64,000 nt of DNA from Desulfurivibrionaceae bacterium (GCA_030145325.1 JAQYVW010000001.1:15331-79330); one strand, 5' to 3'. Positions 1 through 9,429 are shown, counted from the stretch's first letter. The notes: generated from the letters alone by a model not told the origin. Translations and numbers: made by a program.

Positions 1-570
1 ATGACGCCCAGGAAGACCACAGTACAAGAAGGCGGTTACGGTATGGATACTGATTGCCCAAGGAATAGAGAGATAGATAAAGGGCTTGATCCACTTAGGG
101 TACTTAACCCCTTTCTGGTGGGCGTTAAGAACCACCCAACCACAGAGTACGTTCAGGATCAGATATCCGTTCAGTACAATCATGTCGTAAAAGAGCATGG
201 AGTGAGTGGTGGGATGCAACATAACGTTCAGAGCCCGGATGGGCTGGCCAAGATCGGCCATGATGAACAGCAGACACATGACAACTGCGCCAATGGCCAT
301 GAATTCACCAAGAATCGTGATGCGGCCAAAAGCCTTGTAATCATGAACATAGTAGGGGAGCACCAGCATCAAACCACCAGCGGCAACACCAACCAGAAAG
401 GTAAACTGAGAGATATAGAGGCCCCAAGATACATCACGGCTCATCCCGGTGTAGCCAAGTCCGTACTGGTACTGTTGGCTGTAGCTCAGAACCCCCACGC
501 CGATTAAACAGAGGAGGAATGCCATCCACCCCTTATACAAATTACTTCCTGTTAATCCTTTTTCCAGCAT
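1..570 (-). CDS. dsrP: DsrP (NrfD/PsrC-family membrane subunit of DsrMKJOP); N-terminal 190 codons, gene runs off the window start
   Basis: My own minus-strand translation from the ATG at 570..568 gives [70 protein letters not shown]... with no stop down to position 1. The sequence is polytopic and NrfD-like, and it starts 11 nt after the dsrO stop. The listed + ORF 1..507 is its antisense shadow. Confidence 0.75.
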   Translation of the reverse strand, partial: MLEKGLTGSNLYKGWMAFLLCLIGVGVLSYSQQYQYGLGYTGMSRDVSWGLYISQFTFLVGVAAGGLMLVLPYYVHDYKAFGRITILGEFMAIGAVVMCLLFIMADLGQPIRALNVMLHPTTHSMLFYDMIVLNGYLILNVLCGWVVLNAHQKGVKYPKWIKPFIYLSIPWAISIHTVTAFLYCGLPGRH

Positions 571-581
571 GACAGGTCACC

Positions 582-1415
582 TTAGAGAATATAGAAGATG
601 GAGGGGTTGGTTCCCGCAGACGGTTTCCGCTGAATGGTAAAATTCTCACTCAGAACCTTGTTGATCGCAGAACCTGGATCATTGAGGTCACCGAAAACCA
701 TGGCACCGTTTGAGGCTTCGACACAGGCAGGTAATTTGCCATGGGCCAAACGCTCGTTACAGAGGGTGCATTTCTCAACTACCCCACGCATCCGGGTGGG
801 ATAATCAGGGTTAATTCTTTTGATGAACGGCTTACCCAGTTCGTTTGCCCCTCGGGGGGAGCGCCAGTTAAAGCTCCGAGCCCCATAGGGACAGGCGGCC
901 ATGCAGAAGCGACAACCGATGCAACGATGGTAATCCATCATAACGATGCCATCTTTGTTCTTAAAGGTTGCCTGGGTGGGGCAGGCCCGAACACAAGGAG
1001 GATTGGCACAATGGTTACACAAGGTCATGATTGGCATCTTGTGCAATTCTTCGTTGCGTTTGTAGTGACTGTGCTCAGTGAAGGCATTTTCGTACTTTTC
1101 AATCCATATCCACTTGATCTCATCTTTCTTGTTGCCGAAATCAGGAACATTATGGAGGGAGTGACAAGCATGAATACATTTTCGACCAAGTCCGGGTTGG
1201 TTGCCGAATTTTTTTACATCGACTACCAATCCGTACTGCTTGCCTTGTGGCACAGCATCCTTGTGGGCTGATCCGTGCTCTGCAGCCTCGTGACCATGCC
1301 CCCCGGAGGCGAAGGCTTCACCCTTAAGCAGGGAATTGAAGGCCATCGGTGCGGTTACCCCGGCGATGGCGCCGAGCCCGGCTATCTTCAGGAATTTTCT
1401 TCTTTTGGAATCCAT
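582..1415 (-). CDS. dsrO: DsrO, periplasmic 4Fe-4S ferredoxin-like subunit with Tat signal
   Basis: Twin-arginine motif SKRRKFLKIAGLG. Several Cys-cluster ferredoxin motifs are present (CNHCANPPCVRACP, CIGCRFCMAACP, CTLCNERL...PACV). The start overlaps the dsrJ stop (TAATG). Confidence 0.85.
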   Translation of the reverse strand: MDSKRRKFLKIAGLGAIAGVTAPMAFNSLLKGEAFASGGHGHEAAEHGSAHKDAVPQGKQYGLVVDVKKFGNQPGLGRKCIHACHSLHNVPDFGNKKDEIKWIWIEKYENAFTEHSHYKRNEELHKMPIMTLCNHCANPPCVRACPTQATFKNKDGIVMMDYHRCIGCRFCMAACPYGARSFNWRSPRGANELGKPFIKRINPDYPTRMRGVVEKCTLCNERLAHGKLPACVEASNGAMVFGDLNDPGSAINKVLSENFTIQRKPSAGTNPSIFYIL

Positions 1416-1804
1416 TAGTTTGTCTCCTTAGGTTGGATGTGGCAATCCCAACAATAAGGTTTAACCGCAGCATAGGTATGGCACTCGTCGCAGAATTTCT
1501 TCTTGCTGACATGGCATTTCATGCAGCCGAGCATCAGACTCTTATCGTCGTAGGTTACGCCGCCAGCTTCCTTGATCGCGCCTCGCTCGGATTCTCGAAC
1601 GACTGTGTCACGGAACTCATTCAACAACTGCATATGCGAAGTGCGCATATATTCCGTAGGGCGGACACACTCCTTGGCGTTGCTTGGTTTTTCCGGTTTC
1701 GGTAGCGTTCCGGCGTCACCGCCGTTGTACCAGATCGGAAAAGTCATCAATCCGGCAAAGATTATCAATCCGGGTAAAATCTTCTTCATATCATACATCG
1801 GCAT
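1415..1804 (-). CDS. dsrJ: DsrJ, membrane-anchored triheme cytochrome c
   Basis: Three CXXCH motifs (CMKCH, CDECH, CWDCH) follow an N-terminal hydrophobic anchor (KKILPGLIIFAGLMTFPIW). The start is ambiguous among in-frame ATGs at 1804, 1798 and 1789, and the longer listed ORF start at 1864 lies inside dsrK. Confidence 0.8.
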   Translation of the reverse strand: MPMYDMKKILPGLIIFAGLMTFPIWYNGGDAGTLPKPEKPSNAKECVRPTEYMRTSHMQLLNEFRDTVVRESERGAIKEAGGVTYDDKSLMLGCMKCHVSKKKFCDECHTYAAVKPYCWDCHIQPKETN

Positions 1805-3428
1805 CACCCTCCATTCCAGCAAGAGGTGTGAAACGAAGATCCGTTTCTCTCTCTTTCTCTCCATCCATAATCAGGGCATTACCAACCAGTTCGGAAACGC
1901 CGCAGACGCCTACTTCTGGGTTCCAGTATTCCATCAGGGCGGAGAGGGTAGCCCGGTCGATGGCGCATACGCAGGAGAGGGTATCAACATCGTACCGCTC
2001 CTTGACATGCTTGACCGCGTTGGCACGCGGCAAGCCTGCCCGCATCCTCAACTCCATGATTTCACCAGTATTCAATCCGGTTCCGCTACCGCAGCAGAAG
2101 GTCTGCTCGCGAATGGTGGCTTCCGGCATCTCGTGAAATTTATTAACCACATTATTGATTACGTACCGTGGCTCATCCAGCAGCCCCATCCCCCTTGCGG
2201 TGTTGCAGGAGTCATGGAAGGTTACTGTCCGATGGTCATTCCGACTTGGATCAAGTTTTAATTTGCCGTTCTTGATCAGGTCGGCGGTAAACTCACTGAT
2301 ATGAACCATCTTGGTGGCTGCCGCATTGTCGAAACGGGTGCCGGTGATGGGTGAGGTTGGCACCTCTAGAAAATCTGCCGGGCCGTTCATGGTGTCCATG
2401 TATTGATGGATGACCCGCCACATATGGCCGCACTCACCACCCAGGATCCACTTGACCCCCAGACGTTTAGCTTCGGCATATTGCTTGGCGTTCAGTTTCT
2501 TCATCATCTCGTTATTGGTGAAGAGACCAAAGTTGCCACCCTCTGAAGCATAGGTGGACCAGGTATAGTCCAGTCCCAGATGCTCAAAGAGGAGCAGGTA
2601 GCCCATGGCAGTGTAGATGCCGGGCTCGGCAAATACGTCTGCCGAGGGGGTAATGAAGAGGATCTCAGCACCCTTACGGTTGAAGGTGGGCTCAATTTTG
2701 ATGCCGGTGATCTCTTCAACATCATCGCAGAGATAACCGATGTTGTCTTTGAAGGTATGGGGCTGCAAGCCCATATGGTTACCGGTTCGGTTGGAATTGG
2801 CAGCTGGCTCGAGGATCCAGTTGGTACCGATACCCACCAGATGGAGAAGCTCCCGGCCCATCATCGTCACCTCGGCGGTGTCGATGCCGTATGGGCAGTA
2901 AACCGAACAACGCCGGCATTCTGTACACTGGTAGTAGTACATGAACCATTCTTTCAGCACTTCAACGGTCATCGGCCTACCACCGGCCATCTTGCCGAGG
3001 ATCTTGCCAGCGGTGGTGAAATCATTACGATATACCGACCGCATCAGCTCAGCCCGCAGTACCGGCATGTTCTTGGGGTCACCGGTACCGAGGAAGAAAT
3101 GGCATTTGTCAGCGCAGGCGCCGCAACGTACGCAGCAATCCATGAAGACTTTGAGGGAACGGAATTTATCCAGCCGCTCCTTCATGCCATTGAGGATGAT
3201 TTCTTGCCAGTTCTCAGGCAGTTTCCAATCATCATCTTCTGGAGCCCATTCCCGCGGGTTGGGAAATTTATGGTACTCCACCATACTTTGTTTAGCTGGA
3301 TAGCAATAGTTACCCGACTTGAACTCGACCGGTGTGTCCATCCAATCCTTGGCTGGGACGGCGCCGGTCATCATCGACGGGTCTTTTGCTACGCTCTCAC
3401 CTAATTGATCTGCTTTGGGATCTGCCAT
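1791..3428 (-). CDS. dsrK: DsrK, HdrD-like catalytic Fe-S subunit
   Basis: 545 aa. Ferredoxin-type motifs CVRCGACADKCH and CTECRRCSVYCP plus a C-terminal Cys-rich CCG-like motif (TFCCGSGTG). It sits between dsrM and dsrJ. Confidence 0.9.
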   Translation of the reverse strand: MADPKADQLGESVAKDPSMMTGAVPAKDWMDTPVEFKSGNYCYPAKQSMVEYHKFPNPREWAPEDDDWKLPENWQEIILNGMKERLDKFRSLKVFMDCCVRCGACADKCHFFLGTGDPKNMPVLRAELMRSVYRNDFTTAGKILGKMAGGRPMTVEVLKEWFMYYYQCTECRRCSVYCPYGIDTAEVTMMGRELLHLVGIGTNWILEPAANSNRTGNHMGLQPHTFKDNIGYLCDDVEEITGIKIEPTFNRKGAEILFITPSADVFAEPGIYTAMGYLLLFEHLGLDYTWSTYASEGGNFGLFTNNEMMKKLNAKQYAEAKRLGVKWILGGECGHMWRVIHQYMDTMNGPADFLEVPTSPITGTRFDNAAATKMVHISEFTADLIKNGKLKLDPSRNDHRTVTFHDSCNTARGMGLLDEPRYVINNVVNKFHEMPEATIREQTFCCGSGTGLNTGEIMELRMRAGLPRANAVKHVKERYDVDTLSCVCAIDRATLSALMEYWNPEVGVCGVSELVGNALIMDGEKERETDLRFTPLAGMEGDADV

Positions 3429-3433
3429 GGTAG

Positions 3434-4429
3434 CTATTCCTTCTCAACGGGTATATTGGCGTCAGTCATAAACTCTCTGAACTCATCCTCATAGTCGGCA
3501 TAGGAATGCGGTTTGATATTAGGATCATTCCACGGATTAATATGTCGAACCATTCTACTGTTGTTAGCCATATTCCGGGTCGGGCTCATCCAGACACCAC
3601 CCATATGCATCAGCTTACTGAATGGGAAGTATGCCATCAGTGCGCAAACGAGGAAGATGTGGATGTAAAAGATAGAGCCAATCTCGCCGTGCAATACCGG
3701 TGAAAAGGTCGCTAGACCCACAGCAAGTTGTTTGATGTTGATTATGTCAACCCGCAAGAAGTAACGCATCAGAATGCCGGTCACCGCGATAGCGAAGATG
3801 AGAAACAAGGGGAAGTAATCAGCTGGTAATGAGATGTAACGCACATTGGCGTTAATCAGGCGGCGCAGAAACAAAAAGCCCACCGCCAGAAGAATAATCA
3901 GGTCTGACTGATAGAGAAGCGGTGCCCCTACCTGAAAGAGAGCGTCACCCGCCTCAATGGCATGCAAGAAATCGGGCACATGACCAACGAAGAGGCGCAT
4001 GTGACGAATAACAATGACCAGAAAGGTATAATGAAAAATCAGCCCGAACAGCCACAGGTACTTGCTGGAACCATAAACAAGCTTGGGGCCGTCATGAACT
4101 TCCGCCTTACTGTTGCGAAACAGGGAGCGGAATAAGAAAACTTCCAACAACATCCGCCCGGTTACACCCCAGAAGGTGGACGGACAGTCGAGCTTGTTCT
4201 GCTCGATGAATTTTAGGGAGTTAGCTTGCCCACAAGTGGTGGGGATCCGGAACGGTACCGGAGATTTGGCCCAATGCAATACCTTGTAGATGAATCCTCC
4301 CAAAAACATGGCAAACGCCATGTAGGGAATCACCACCCCGAACAGGTACTGCAGGCCCGCGGCCTTCACTCCCACGAAGGCCAGCGCAACAAGTGCCAAG
4401 ACTGCAATGAAGGGATACAGGACTTTCAT
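3434..4429 (-). CDS. dsrM: DsrM, NarI/HdrE-like membrane b-type cytochrome subunit
   Basis: 331 aa polytopic membrane protein with conserved His in its TM helices. It lies 5 nt upstream of dsrK in the canonical dsrMKJOP order. Confidence 0.85.
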   Translation of the reverse strand: MKVLYPFIAVLALVALAFVGVKAAGLQYLFGVVIPYMAFAMFLGGFIYKVLHWAKSPVPFRIPTTCGQANSLKFIEQNKLDCPSTFWGVTGRMLLEVFLFRSLFRNSKAEVHDGPKLVYGSSKYLWLFGLIFHYTFLVIVIRHMRLFVGHVPDFLHAIEAGDALFQVGAPLLYQSDLIILLAVGFLFLRRLINANVRYISLPADYFPLFLIFAIAVTGILMRYFLRVDIINIKQLAVGLATFSPVLHGEIGSIFYIHIFLVCALMAYFPFSKLMHMGGVWMSPTRNMANNSRMVRHINPWNDPNIKPHSYADYEDEFREFMTDANIPVEKE

Positions 4430-4435
4430 TTACCA

Positions 4436-5062
4436 TTACCTCTCTTCATGTGAACTGTGAATGTTAATTGGCTCAACCACTGTCTGCTTATTTTCTTCTC
4501 GGCGCAACATCGCAGAGGGACAGACAACGTTGTCTGTTCCCCGTTTCAGTTCGTTGATTCGTACCTTGTACACCCGTTCCCGGTTGGACATGTACATATC
4601 AAAGATCTGTAAAGCGATAGCGTCGATACGTTGCTCAAATTTAAGCCACTCAGCAAAGCTAAGGGCCTCATCTGCTTTTTTATTACTATTTTCTTCCTTG
4701 ACCGCCTCTTTGAGGAGAAAGAGAAAGGAAACTGCTTCGGCAGGGGTGAATTCTTGTACTGCCCGAATTCTGATTAGGTCCTCCATGGCCACCAGGGCTT
4801 TTTTCAGTTCAACCGTGCCACAGAAATGTTTATACATGGAGGTGACAGCATTGCGGATGTTGTAGCCCAGAGGGTTGGCAAAACGATCTTTTTGGTTCCT
4901 GAGCGTTGCCACCCCGCCTTCCGGGTAGGTAGCGAGGGTTCGACTAACCCAACGATCTTGAATCTCGCCGTTTTCCTGTAGGAAATCACTGATTTGCATG
5001 ACGTCTCTTTTTAATTTGGCCGAGTCAACACCTTGGGGGAGTCGCATCCGCTGAATAGTCAT
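4436..5062 (-). CDS. RsbRD N-terminal-domain-like soluble protein, first gene of the dsr membrane-complex operon
   Basis: 208 aa helical protein whose stop is 6 nt before the dsrM ATG. It resembles the RsbRD_N-type proteins recalled to sit upstream of dsrM in sulfate reducers. This is a by-eye assignment. Confidence 0.55.
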   Translation of the reverse strand: MTIQRMRLPQGVDSAKLKRDVMQISDFLQENGEIQDRWVSRTLATYPEGGVATLRNQKDRFANPLGYNIRNAVTSMYKHFCGTVELKKALVAMEDLIRIRAVQEFTPAEAVSFLFLLKEAVKEENSNKKADEALSFAEWLKFEQRIDAIALQIFDMYMSNRERVYKVRINELKRGTDNVVCPSAMLRREENKQTVVEPINIHSSHEER

Positions 5063-5150
5063 TCATTCCGTGTGGAGATCAGAACTAGCATGTTTGTTTC
5101 CATTTTTCAACAGAAAAAACTGTTTAAGCGGGAGGTTACAATGCTATTGG

Positions 5151-5576
5151 TCAGGAGATGGTATCGAGCAGGATTCCAGATTCGCGATCTAGGTTGCGGA
5201 GAATCATGGGTAGTTCGTGGATATCGATGGCCAGGTCGGTGACGATTCTACAGGCGTCATCATCTTGGCAATCGTAGACGTCAATGATGTAGCCGTCACC
5301 TTCTTGGCTAAGAACGAGACGGAAGGGCAACGATTGACGCTGGAGGTCTTCGTTGGTTTTTGCAATCAGGGTGCGAATGTCGTTCTTGGCCCCATGGGAA
5401 AGCGGTGCTTTTTGACGTTTTTCAATTTGTCGTTCTTTGGTCCGTCGCCACCGCTTCAGCAGCTTGTCCACCGGGATTGCGGCCATCACCTTTTCCACCG
5501 GTGCCAGATCTTTGCGGATTGGCGAAGCTTGAGCCGTTGGCAGCGGGGTTGGTTTTTTTATTTCATAGACGACCAT
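5151..5576 (-). CDS. hypothetical protein (weak FlaG-like C-terminal pattern)
   Basis: 141 aa ORF with a basic middle region. The C-terminal LPFRLVLSQEGDGYIIDVYD...ELPMILRNL...GILLDT loosely resembles the FlaG family. No stronger evidence is available. Confidence 0.4.
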   Translation of the reverse strand: MVVYEIKKPTPLPTAQASPIRKDLAPVEKVMAAIPVDKLLKRWRRTKERQIEKRQKAPLSHGAKNDIRTLIAKTNEDLQRQSLPFRLVLSQEGDGYIIDVYDCQDDDACRIVTDLAIDIHELPMILRNLDRESGILLDTIS

Positions 5577-5824
5577 TGGCTAAAACTCCCCAAAACGGTT
5601 TCACCCAGCTTAACTGCCGCAGGTTTTCCTCCACTATTTGAGCAGGAAAACGAAGAGATGTAAAGAGCCGCTTTTATGTACTTATCGGCTACTTAAGCAA
5701 TTTTCGTGAATGTCTTGGTGAAATGGTCGTCTGCTAAAGGGGAATCTTGATCATTGGTTGCCGATTCTTGTCAAGGGACTTATCTCCCCCGACCTCTTTA
5801 TTACGATCAAAACTTTATCTTCTG

Positions 5825-5870
5825 CGGTAGGCGAAATGAAGGTGAGAATCCGATATCAAATATATGTACC
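5825..5870. repeat. partial copy of the structured intergenic repeat family
   Basis: gcgaaatgaaggtgagaatccgatatcaaatatatgtacc (5831-5870) matches gcgaaacgaagtggagactccgatatcgaacatatgcctg (6054-6093) at about 31 of 40 positions. Confidence 0.55.
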
Positions 5871-5960
5871 CTTACTGGGCACTTTTTTTGGGGGGGGAGT
5901 TTTGAGTGTGCCACGGAGCTTTGATATCTTGCTGACCTGATTAAGAACGAAAAGCATAAC

Positions 5961-6178
5961 TAGTGTCTGTCCATAAATGGTCTTTTCGGAGTCTCACAGG
6001 TTCGCTACCTGCCCGATCTCTGCGTTATGTTCAAAAAATAATGCTCGGAGGTAAGCGAAACGAAGTGGAGACTCCGATATCGAACATATGCCTGCGCTTA
6101 TTTTTTTCGCATGCCTCGGAGTCTCGTATGCTCGCTTACCTGATCTCGAACAAAATCCTCATTTATGGACAGACACTA
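5961..6178. repeat. REP/BIME- or MITE-like structured element bounded by a 19-bp perfect inverted repeat
   Basis: tagtgtctgtccataaatg (5961-5979) is the exact reverse complement of catttatggacagacacta (6160-6178). Inside, the motif cggagtctc occurs at 5987 and 6116 and inverted (gagactccg) at 6069, which allows nested hairpins. Confidence 0.65.
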
Positions 6179-6193
6179 ACTAAGCAAGACGTC

Positions 6194-7111
6194 TTACAGC
6201 TCTATCTCCATCCCCTCACGAGCTAAAAAGACTTCTGTCTGGCCGTTTTTAGGGGGCTGGCAATGTATTTCGGCAAGTTCATCCAGTTGCGCGTCGGAAC
6301 GCATTGGTTCGTGGTGAAAAAGGGCCAGGCGCTTAACTCCGGCCCGATTGGCGGCAGCAATGGCGTGTTCGATGGAGGAGTGGCCCCAGCCATGTTTGCC
6401 GTCTTGATATTCAGCTTCGGTGTACTGGGTGTCATGAATGAGCAGGTCGGCCCCGGCGTAGAATTTTTCAATGAGCTCATTCTGTTCTTTGGCAACCATC
6501 TCCCCTTCTTCGGCCATGGCCTCATCGTAGGATGGGTCGTCGGGATCAGTGATAAAGAGATTCTGATATGGTTCGTGGTCGTAGGCGGTACAGAAAACCT
6601 TGCCTTGGTGTTCAAAACGGTATCCAAGGCAGAGAACGGGATGGTTGAGGTACTTGGTGGTCAGCTTGATGCCGTCACCCAGCTCAGAAACCCCTTCTTT
6701 GAGGTCAAAATAACTGATATCAGCAGCCAGCTCCGCCTCCCGAACCGGAAAATAGCGATAGGTCATCTGCCCACCGACAATGTTTTCCAGGGTGTCTTGC
6801 TCAAAGCTAACCGGGCCGTGGATCTTGAGATTGGTGGTGGGTAGATAGATGGGGGTGAAGAAGGGGAATCCCATGATGTGATCCCAGTGGGTATGGGAGA
6901 TAAACAGATCGGTGGTAATGGGGCCCTTGGGCAGATCGTTGCCCATCATGAAATTACCCAGCTCTCGGATGCCGGAGCCAGCATCAATGATTATTAGCCG
7001 CTCCGGGTCTGAAAATCTAAGCTCGATGGAAATGGTGTTGCCGCCATAGTTGGCAGTAAGCGGCCCAGGGCAAGGGATTGAGCCTCGCACCCCCCAAAAT
7101 TTGATTTTCAT
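6194..7111 (-). CDS. MBL-fold metallo-hydrolase
   Basis: HTHWDH metal-binding motif. The start is set at MKIKFWGVRGS (ATG 7111..7109), which has GGAGG 10 nt upstream and falls just after the HDOD gene stop. The longer listed ORF (to 7159) overlaps that gene. Confidence 0.8.
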   Translation of the reverse strand: MKIKFWGVRGSIPCPGPLTANYGGNTISIELRFSDPERLIIIDAGSGIRELGNFMMGNDLPKGPITTDLFISHTHWDHIMGFPFFTPIYLPTTNLKIHGPVSFEQDTLENIVGGQMTYRYFPVREAELAADISYFDLKEGVSELGDGIKLTTKYLNHPVLCLGYRFEHQGKVFCTAYDHEPYQNLFITDPDDPSYDEAMAEEGEMVAKEQNELIEKFYAGADLLIHDTQYTEAEYQDGKHGWGHSSIEHAIAAANRAGVKRLALFHHEPMRSDAQLDELAEIHCQPPKNGQTEVFLAREGMEIEL

Positions 7112-7115
7112 TACC

Positions 7116-8009
7116 CTATGCCTCCTTGCTGACCTTGAGAAAAATTTGCGCTTTTTCAACCTCGGCGTTCACCATCGACCGTAAAGAAGCCATATCGTGC
7201 CAGGTAAGTTTAAGGGTCTTGAGAAGAAAGGTGATCGCTGGCCCTTCAGGATAAGGATCACCGGCCGAACCAAAGTCATAGATATTTGCATATATATTTG
7301 CCAAGGCGACAATGGCGGTGAGATTGCGGTTTTCCGGGGCTGCTTCGCTTGGTTCGTGGTGAAAGCAGAGTGTTTCTGAGATGTTGGCGCTCAGCTGCCA
7401 TTTTTCGGCGATGAGGTTGCCGACTATGCCGTGGTCAAAACCGAGAACTATGGTTTCCGCATTGCGAAGTGGGCTTTGATCGAGAGAGGAGAGGGCCAAA
7501 ACCTGGGCATATTCATCGGCGAGGCAATTGTTGAGGGGGATCTTACCCAGGTCATGGAGAAGACCGGCAACAAAATATTCTTCCCTGGCCGCTGGAGGTA
7601 CCCCTTTGAGGGAGGCCAGGGCTTTGGCGGTGACGCCGACACTGATGGAATGGGTCCAGAACTGATCCATGGGCAGGGTTTGAAAAGAGTCCTCCTGGCT
7701 AAAAGATCCAAGGATAGCGGTACTTAGGGCCAGGTTCTTGACGGTATTGATGCCCAACATGATGATTGCGCGGGTAAGGGAAGAGATGTGGTTGGGCAGG
7801 GAATAGTAAGCCGAGTTGATCAGCTTCAGGACCTGACCGGTAAGAACCGGGTCGAGAGAGATAACCTTGTTAAGGTCATTGGGGGCGGTGTTTGGTTGGT
7901 TGCACACCTCTAGAACTTTGGTCACGGTGGTCGACAGACTGGGCATCTGATCGATGTAGTCCCGTAGTTTACGGAAGTGCTGTTCCTGGCCAAGGGGGAG
8001 ATCGCTCAT
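7116..8009 (-). CDS. HDOD-domain signalling protein
   Basis: 297 aa. It shows the HDOD pattern (MPSLSTTVTKVLEVCNQPN...VISLDPVLTGQVLKLINSAYY...LLHDLGK), which is an HD-like motif. Confidence 0.8.
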   Translation of the reverse strand: MSDLPLGQEQHFRKLRDYIDQMPSLSTTVTKVLEVCNQPNTAPNDLNKVISLDPVLTGQVLKLINSAYYSLPNHISSLTRAIIMLGINTVKNLALSTAILGSFSQEDSFQTLPMDQFWTHSISVGVTAKALASLKGVPPAAREEYFVAGLLHDLGKIPLNNCLADEYAQVLALSSLDQSPLRNAETIVLGFDHGIVGNLIAEKWQLSANISETLCFHHEPSEAAPENRNLTAIVALANIYANIYDFGSAGDPYPEGPAITFLLKTLKLTWHDMASLRSMVNAEVEKAQIFLKVSKEA

Positions 8010-8182
8010 GGGTGGTGATCGTAACCGAAAGATGTATACAGAGGCCTAACGGTTTGCGACTTCTCCTCTAATGTAAACAGTGTAATAACGATACATTAAG
8101 GCTTAATAGCCTTTTCCTGAAATGATGATAAAACATTAAACATGTTAGCGGATACGGTCAATTTGGTCAAGGTTAGGAAGTT

Positions 8183-8374
8183 TCAGCATCCATGCTTGGT
8201 CAAGAAATCATTTACCATTTCATTCATTATTTCTATCTGGTTCTTGCCGGTTTCGTGGGTAATGATCCAGGTGCAGCGCCGAAAAGCACGATGAAGATCC
8301 TCGCGGAGGTGGAGGGTGATGGGGACGGTCTCTTCCCCTTGGTCATCCGCCGGGGTTAGTTTCTCCTGCGTCAT
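8183..8374 (-). CDS. small hypothetical protein, possible ribbon-helix-helix fold
   Basis: 63 aa. A beta-strand-like ITLHL is followed by two helix-like segments (EDLHRAFRRC, QIEIMNEMVNDFL). No other support exists. Confidence 0.3.
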   Translation of the reverse strand: MTQEKLTPADDQGEETVPITLHLREDLHRAFRRCTWIITHETGKNQIEIMNEMVNDFLTKHGC

Positions 8375-8400
8375 TTGTCTGCTCGGTGGCGAAATTATGT

Positions 8401-9171
8401 TTAGCTGTTTTGGTGACGATGAAAGGCCACAGCTTGTTCATAGCTGATGCCGTTGCCGCCAAAGATATCGAGAGCACTACCGATGGTGGCATCCAGCCGC
8501 CCTTGGCCCAGTTCGGTAATTTGCTCAAGGTCGGCAAGGCTGCGCACCCCCCCGGCATAGGTGGTGGGGATTGGGGTAAGGTTGCCCAAGGCTTGGGTGA
8601 GGTCGGTGTCGATGCCATTGCATTTTCCTTCCACATCAACGGCATGGATCAGGAATTCATGGCAGAAACCGGCAAAAAAATTGAGGGATTCTTCGTTAAC
8701 CCGGAGAGAGGTGAATTTTTGCCAGCGGTCGGTGACCACAAAGTAGTCATTGCCACGTTTCCGACAGCTGAGATCAAGGATCAATTTATCCTTGCCCACT
8801 GCTGTTACTATTTCCCGGAGGCGATCTTCGTGGATCTTGCCATCTTTGAAAACATAGGAGGTAATGATGACCCCGCTGGCACCTTCATCCAACCACCTTC
8901 CGGCATTGGCAGCGGTAATGCCGCCGCCGATCTGGAGGCCGCCGGGGTAAGCGTGCAGTGCATCCATGGCCGCTTCCTCGTTGCCAGGGCCAAGCATGAT
9001 GACGTGACCACCGGTGAGGTTGTCGCGGCGGTACATCTCGGCGTAATGGGAAGGGGGCTGGCTGGCTGCGAAGTTGGTCTGAAGGCTGCCGTGGTCGAGA
9101 TCGGAGAGGGTAGAGCCGACGATTTGCTTGACGCAGCCGCCATGGAGATCAATGCAGGGTCTGAATTTCAT
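8401..9171 (-). CDS. hisA: His6/eukaryotic-type ProFAR isomerase (HisA)
   Basis: 256 aa, collinear by eye with yeast His6: KFRPCIDLHGGCVKQIVG, GGHVIMLGP, LQIGGGI, LDLSCRK, EFLIHAVDVEG, YAGG, GSALDIFGG. Confidence 0.88.
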   Translation of the reverse strand: MKFRPCIDLHGGCVKQIVGSTLSDLDHGSLQTNFAASQPPSHYAEMYRRDNLTGGHVIMLGPGNEEAAMDALHAYPGGLQIGGGITAANAGRWLDEGASGVIITSYVFKDGKIHEDRLREIVTAVGKDKLILDLSCRKRGNDYFVVTDRWQKFTSLRVNEESLNFFAGFCHEFLIHAVDVEGKCNGIDTDLTQALGNLTPIPTTYAGGVRSLADLEQITELGQGRLDATIGSALDIFGGNGISYEQAVAFHRHQNS

Positions 9172-9388
9172 GGTTATTGACCACCTTAAGAAATTGCCCT
9201 TTCCAAGTCTGCGTTTATTTGCCTGGGCAAAGTTCTGCTCGTTTGCCTGCGAGGTGCAGAGTTAGGAAATAGGTAATTGCTCACAGGGTAACGAATTTGC
9301 GGCGTTAGCCCTGCAAACATTTACTGTTACGGCTATCGAGAAAATAAGGTCGCTACCCGTTGAAGTAGATACGAAAACATAAATTTAT

Positions 9389-9429
9389 TCACCATTCGCC
9401 ATGGGGGTGCTGCCCATGGCGAATGGTGA
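9389..9429. other. perfect 17-bp stem / 7-nt loop hairpin in the intergenic region
   Basis: tcaccattcgccatggg (9389-9405), loop ggtgctg, cccatggcgaatggtga (9413-9429). No U-tract follows on either strand. Confidence 0.6.

Noticed and set aside
1-507. Listed + strand ORF of 168 aa at the window start
   Set aside because: It is antisense to a clean NrfD-like (DsrP) reading frame that continues the dsrMKJOP operon. Its product has no recognisable features.
5088-5103. Sigma-54-like element TGGAAA-CAAAC-ATGC upstream of the dsr operon
   Set aside because: The GG-N10-GC spacing is correct, but only 7 of 10 consensus positions match, so it is too weak to call without transcription start data.
5883-5897. 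T7G8 composite homopolymer tract
   Set aside because: It is real in the sequence, but it lies ~300 nt from the nearest start codon with no obvious promoter relationship. It is noted only as a possible sequencing-error-prone or variable site.
5758-6226. Small + strand ORFs (60 and 87 aa) in the 5.7-6.2 kb gap
   Set aside because: They run through the palindromic repeat element and the T7G8 tract. Their sequence is better explained as structured non-coding DNA.
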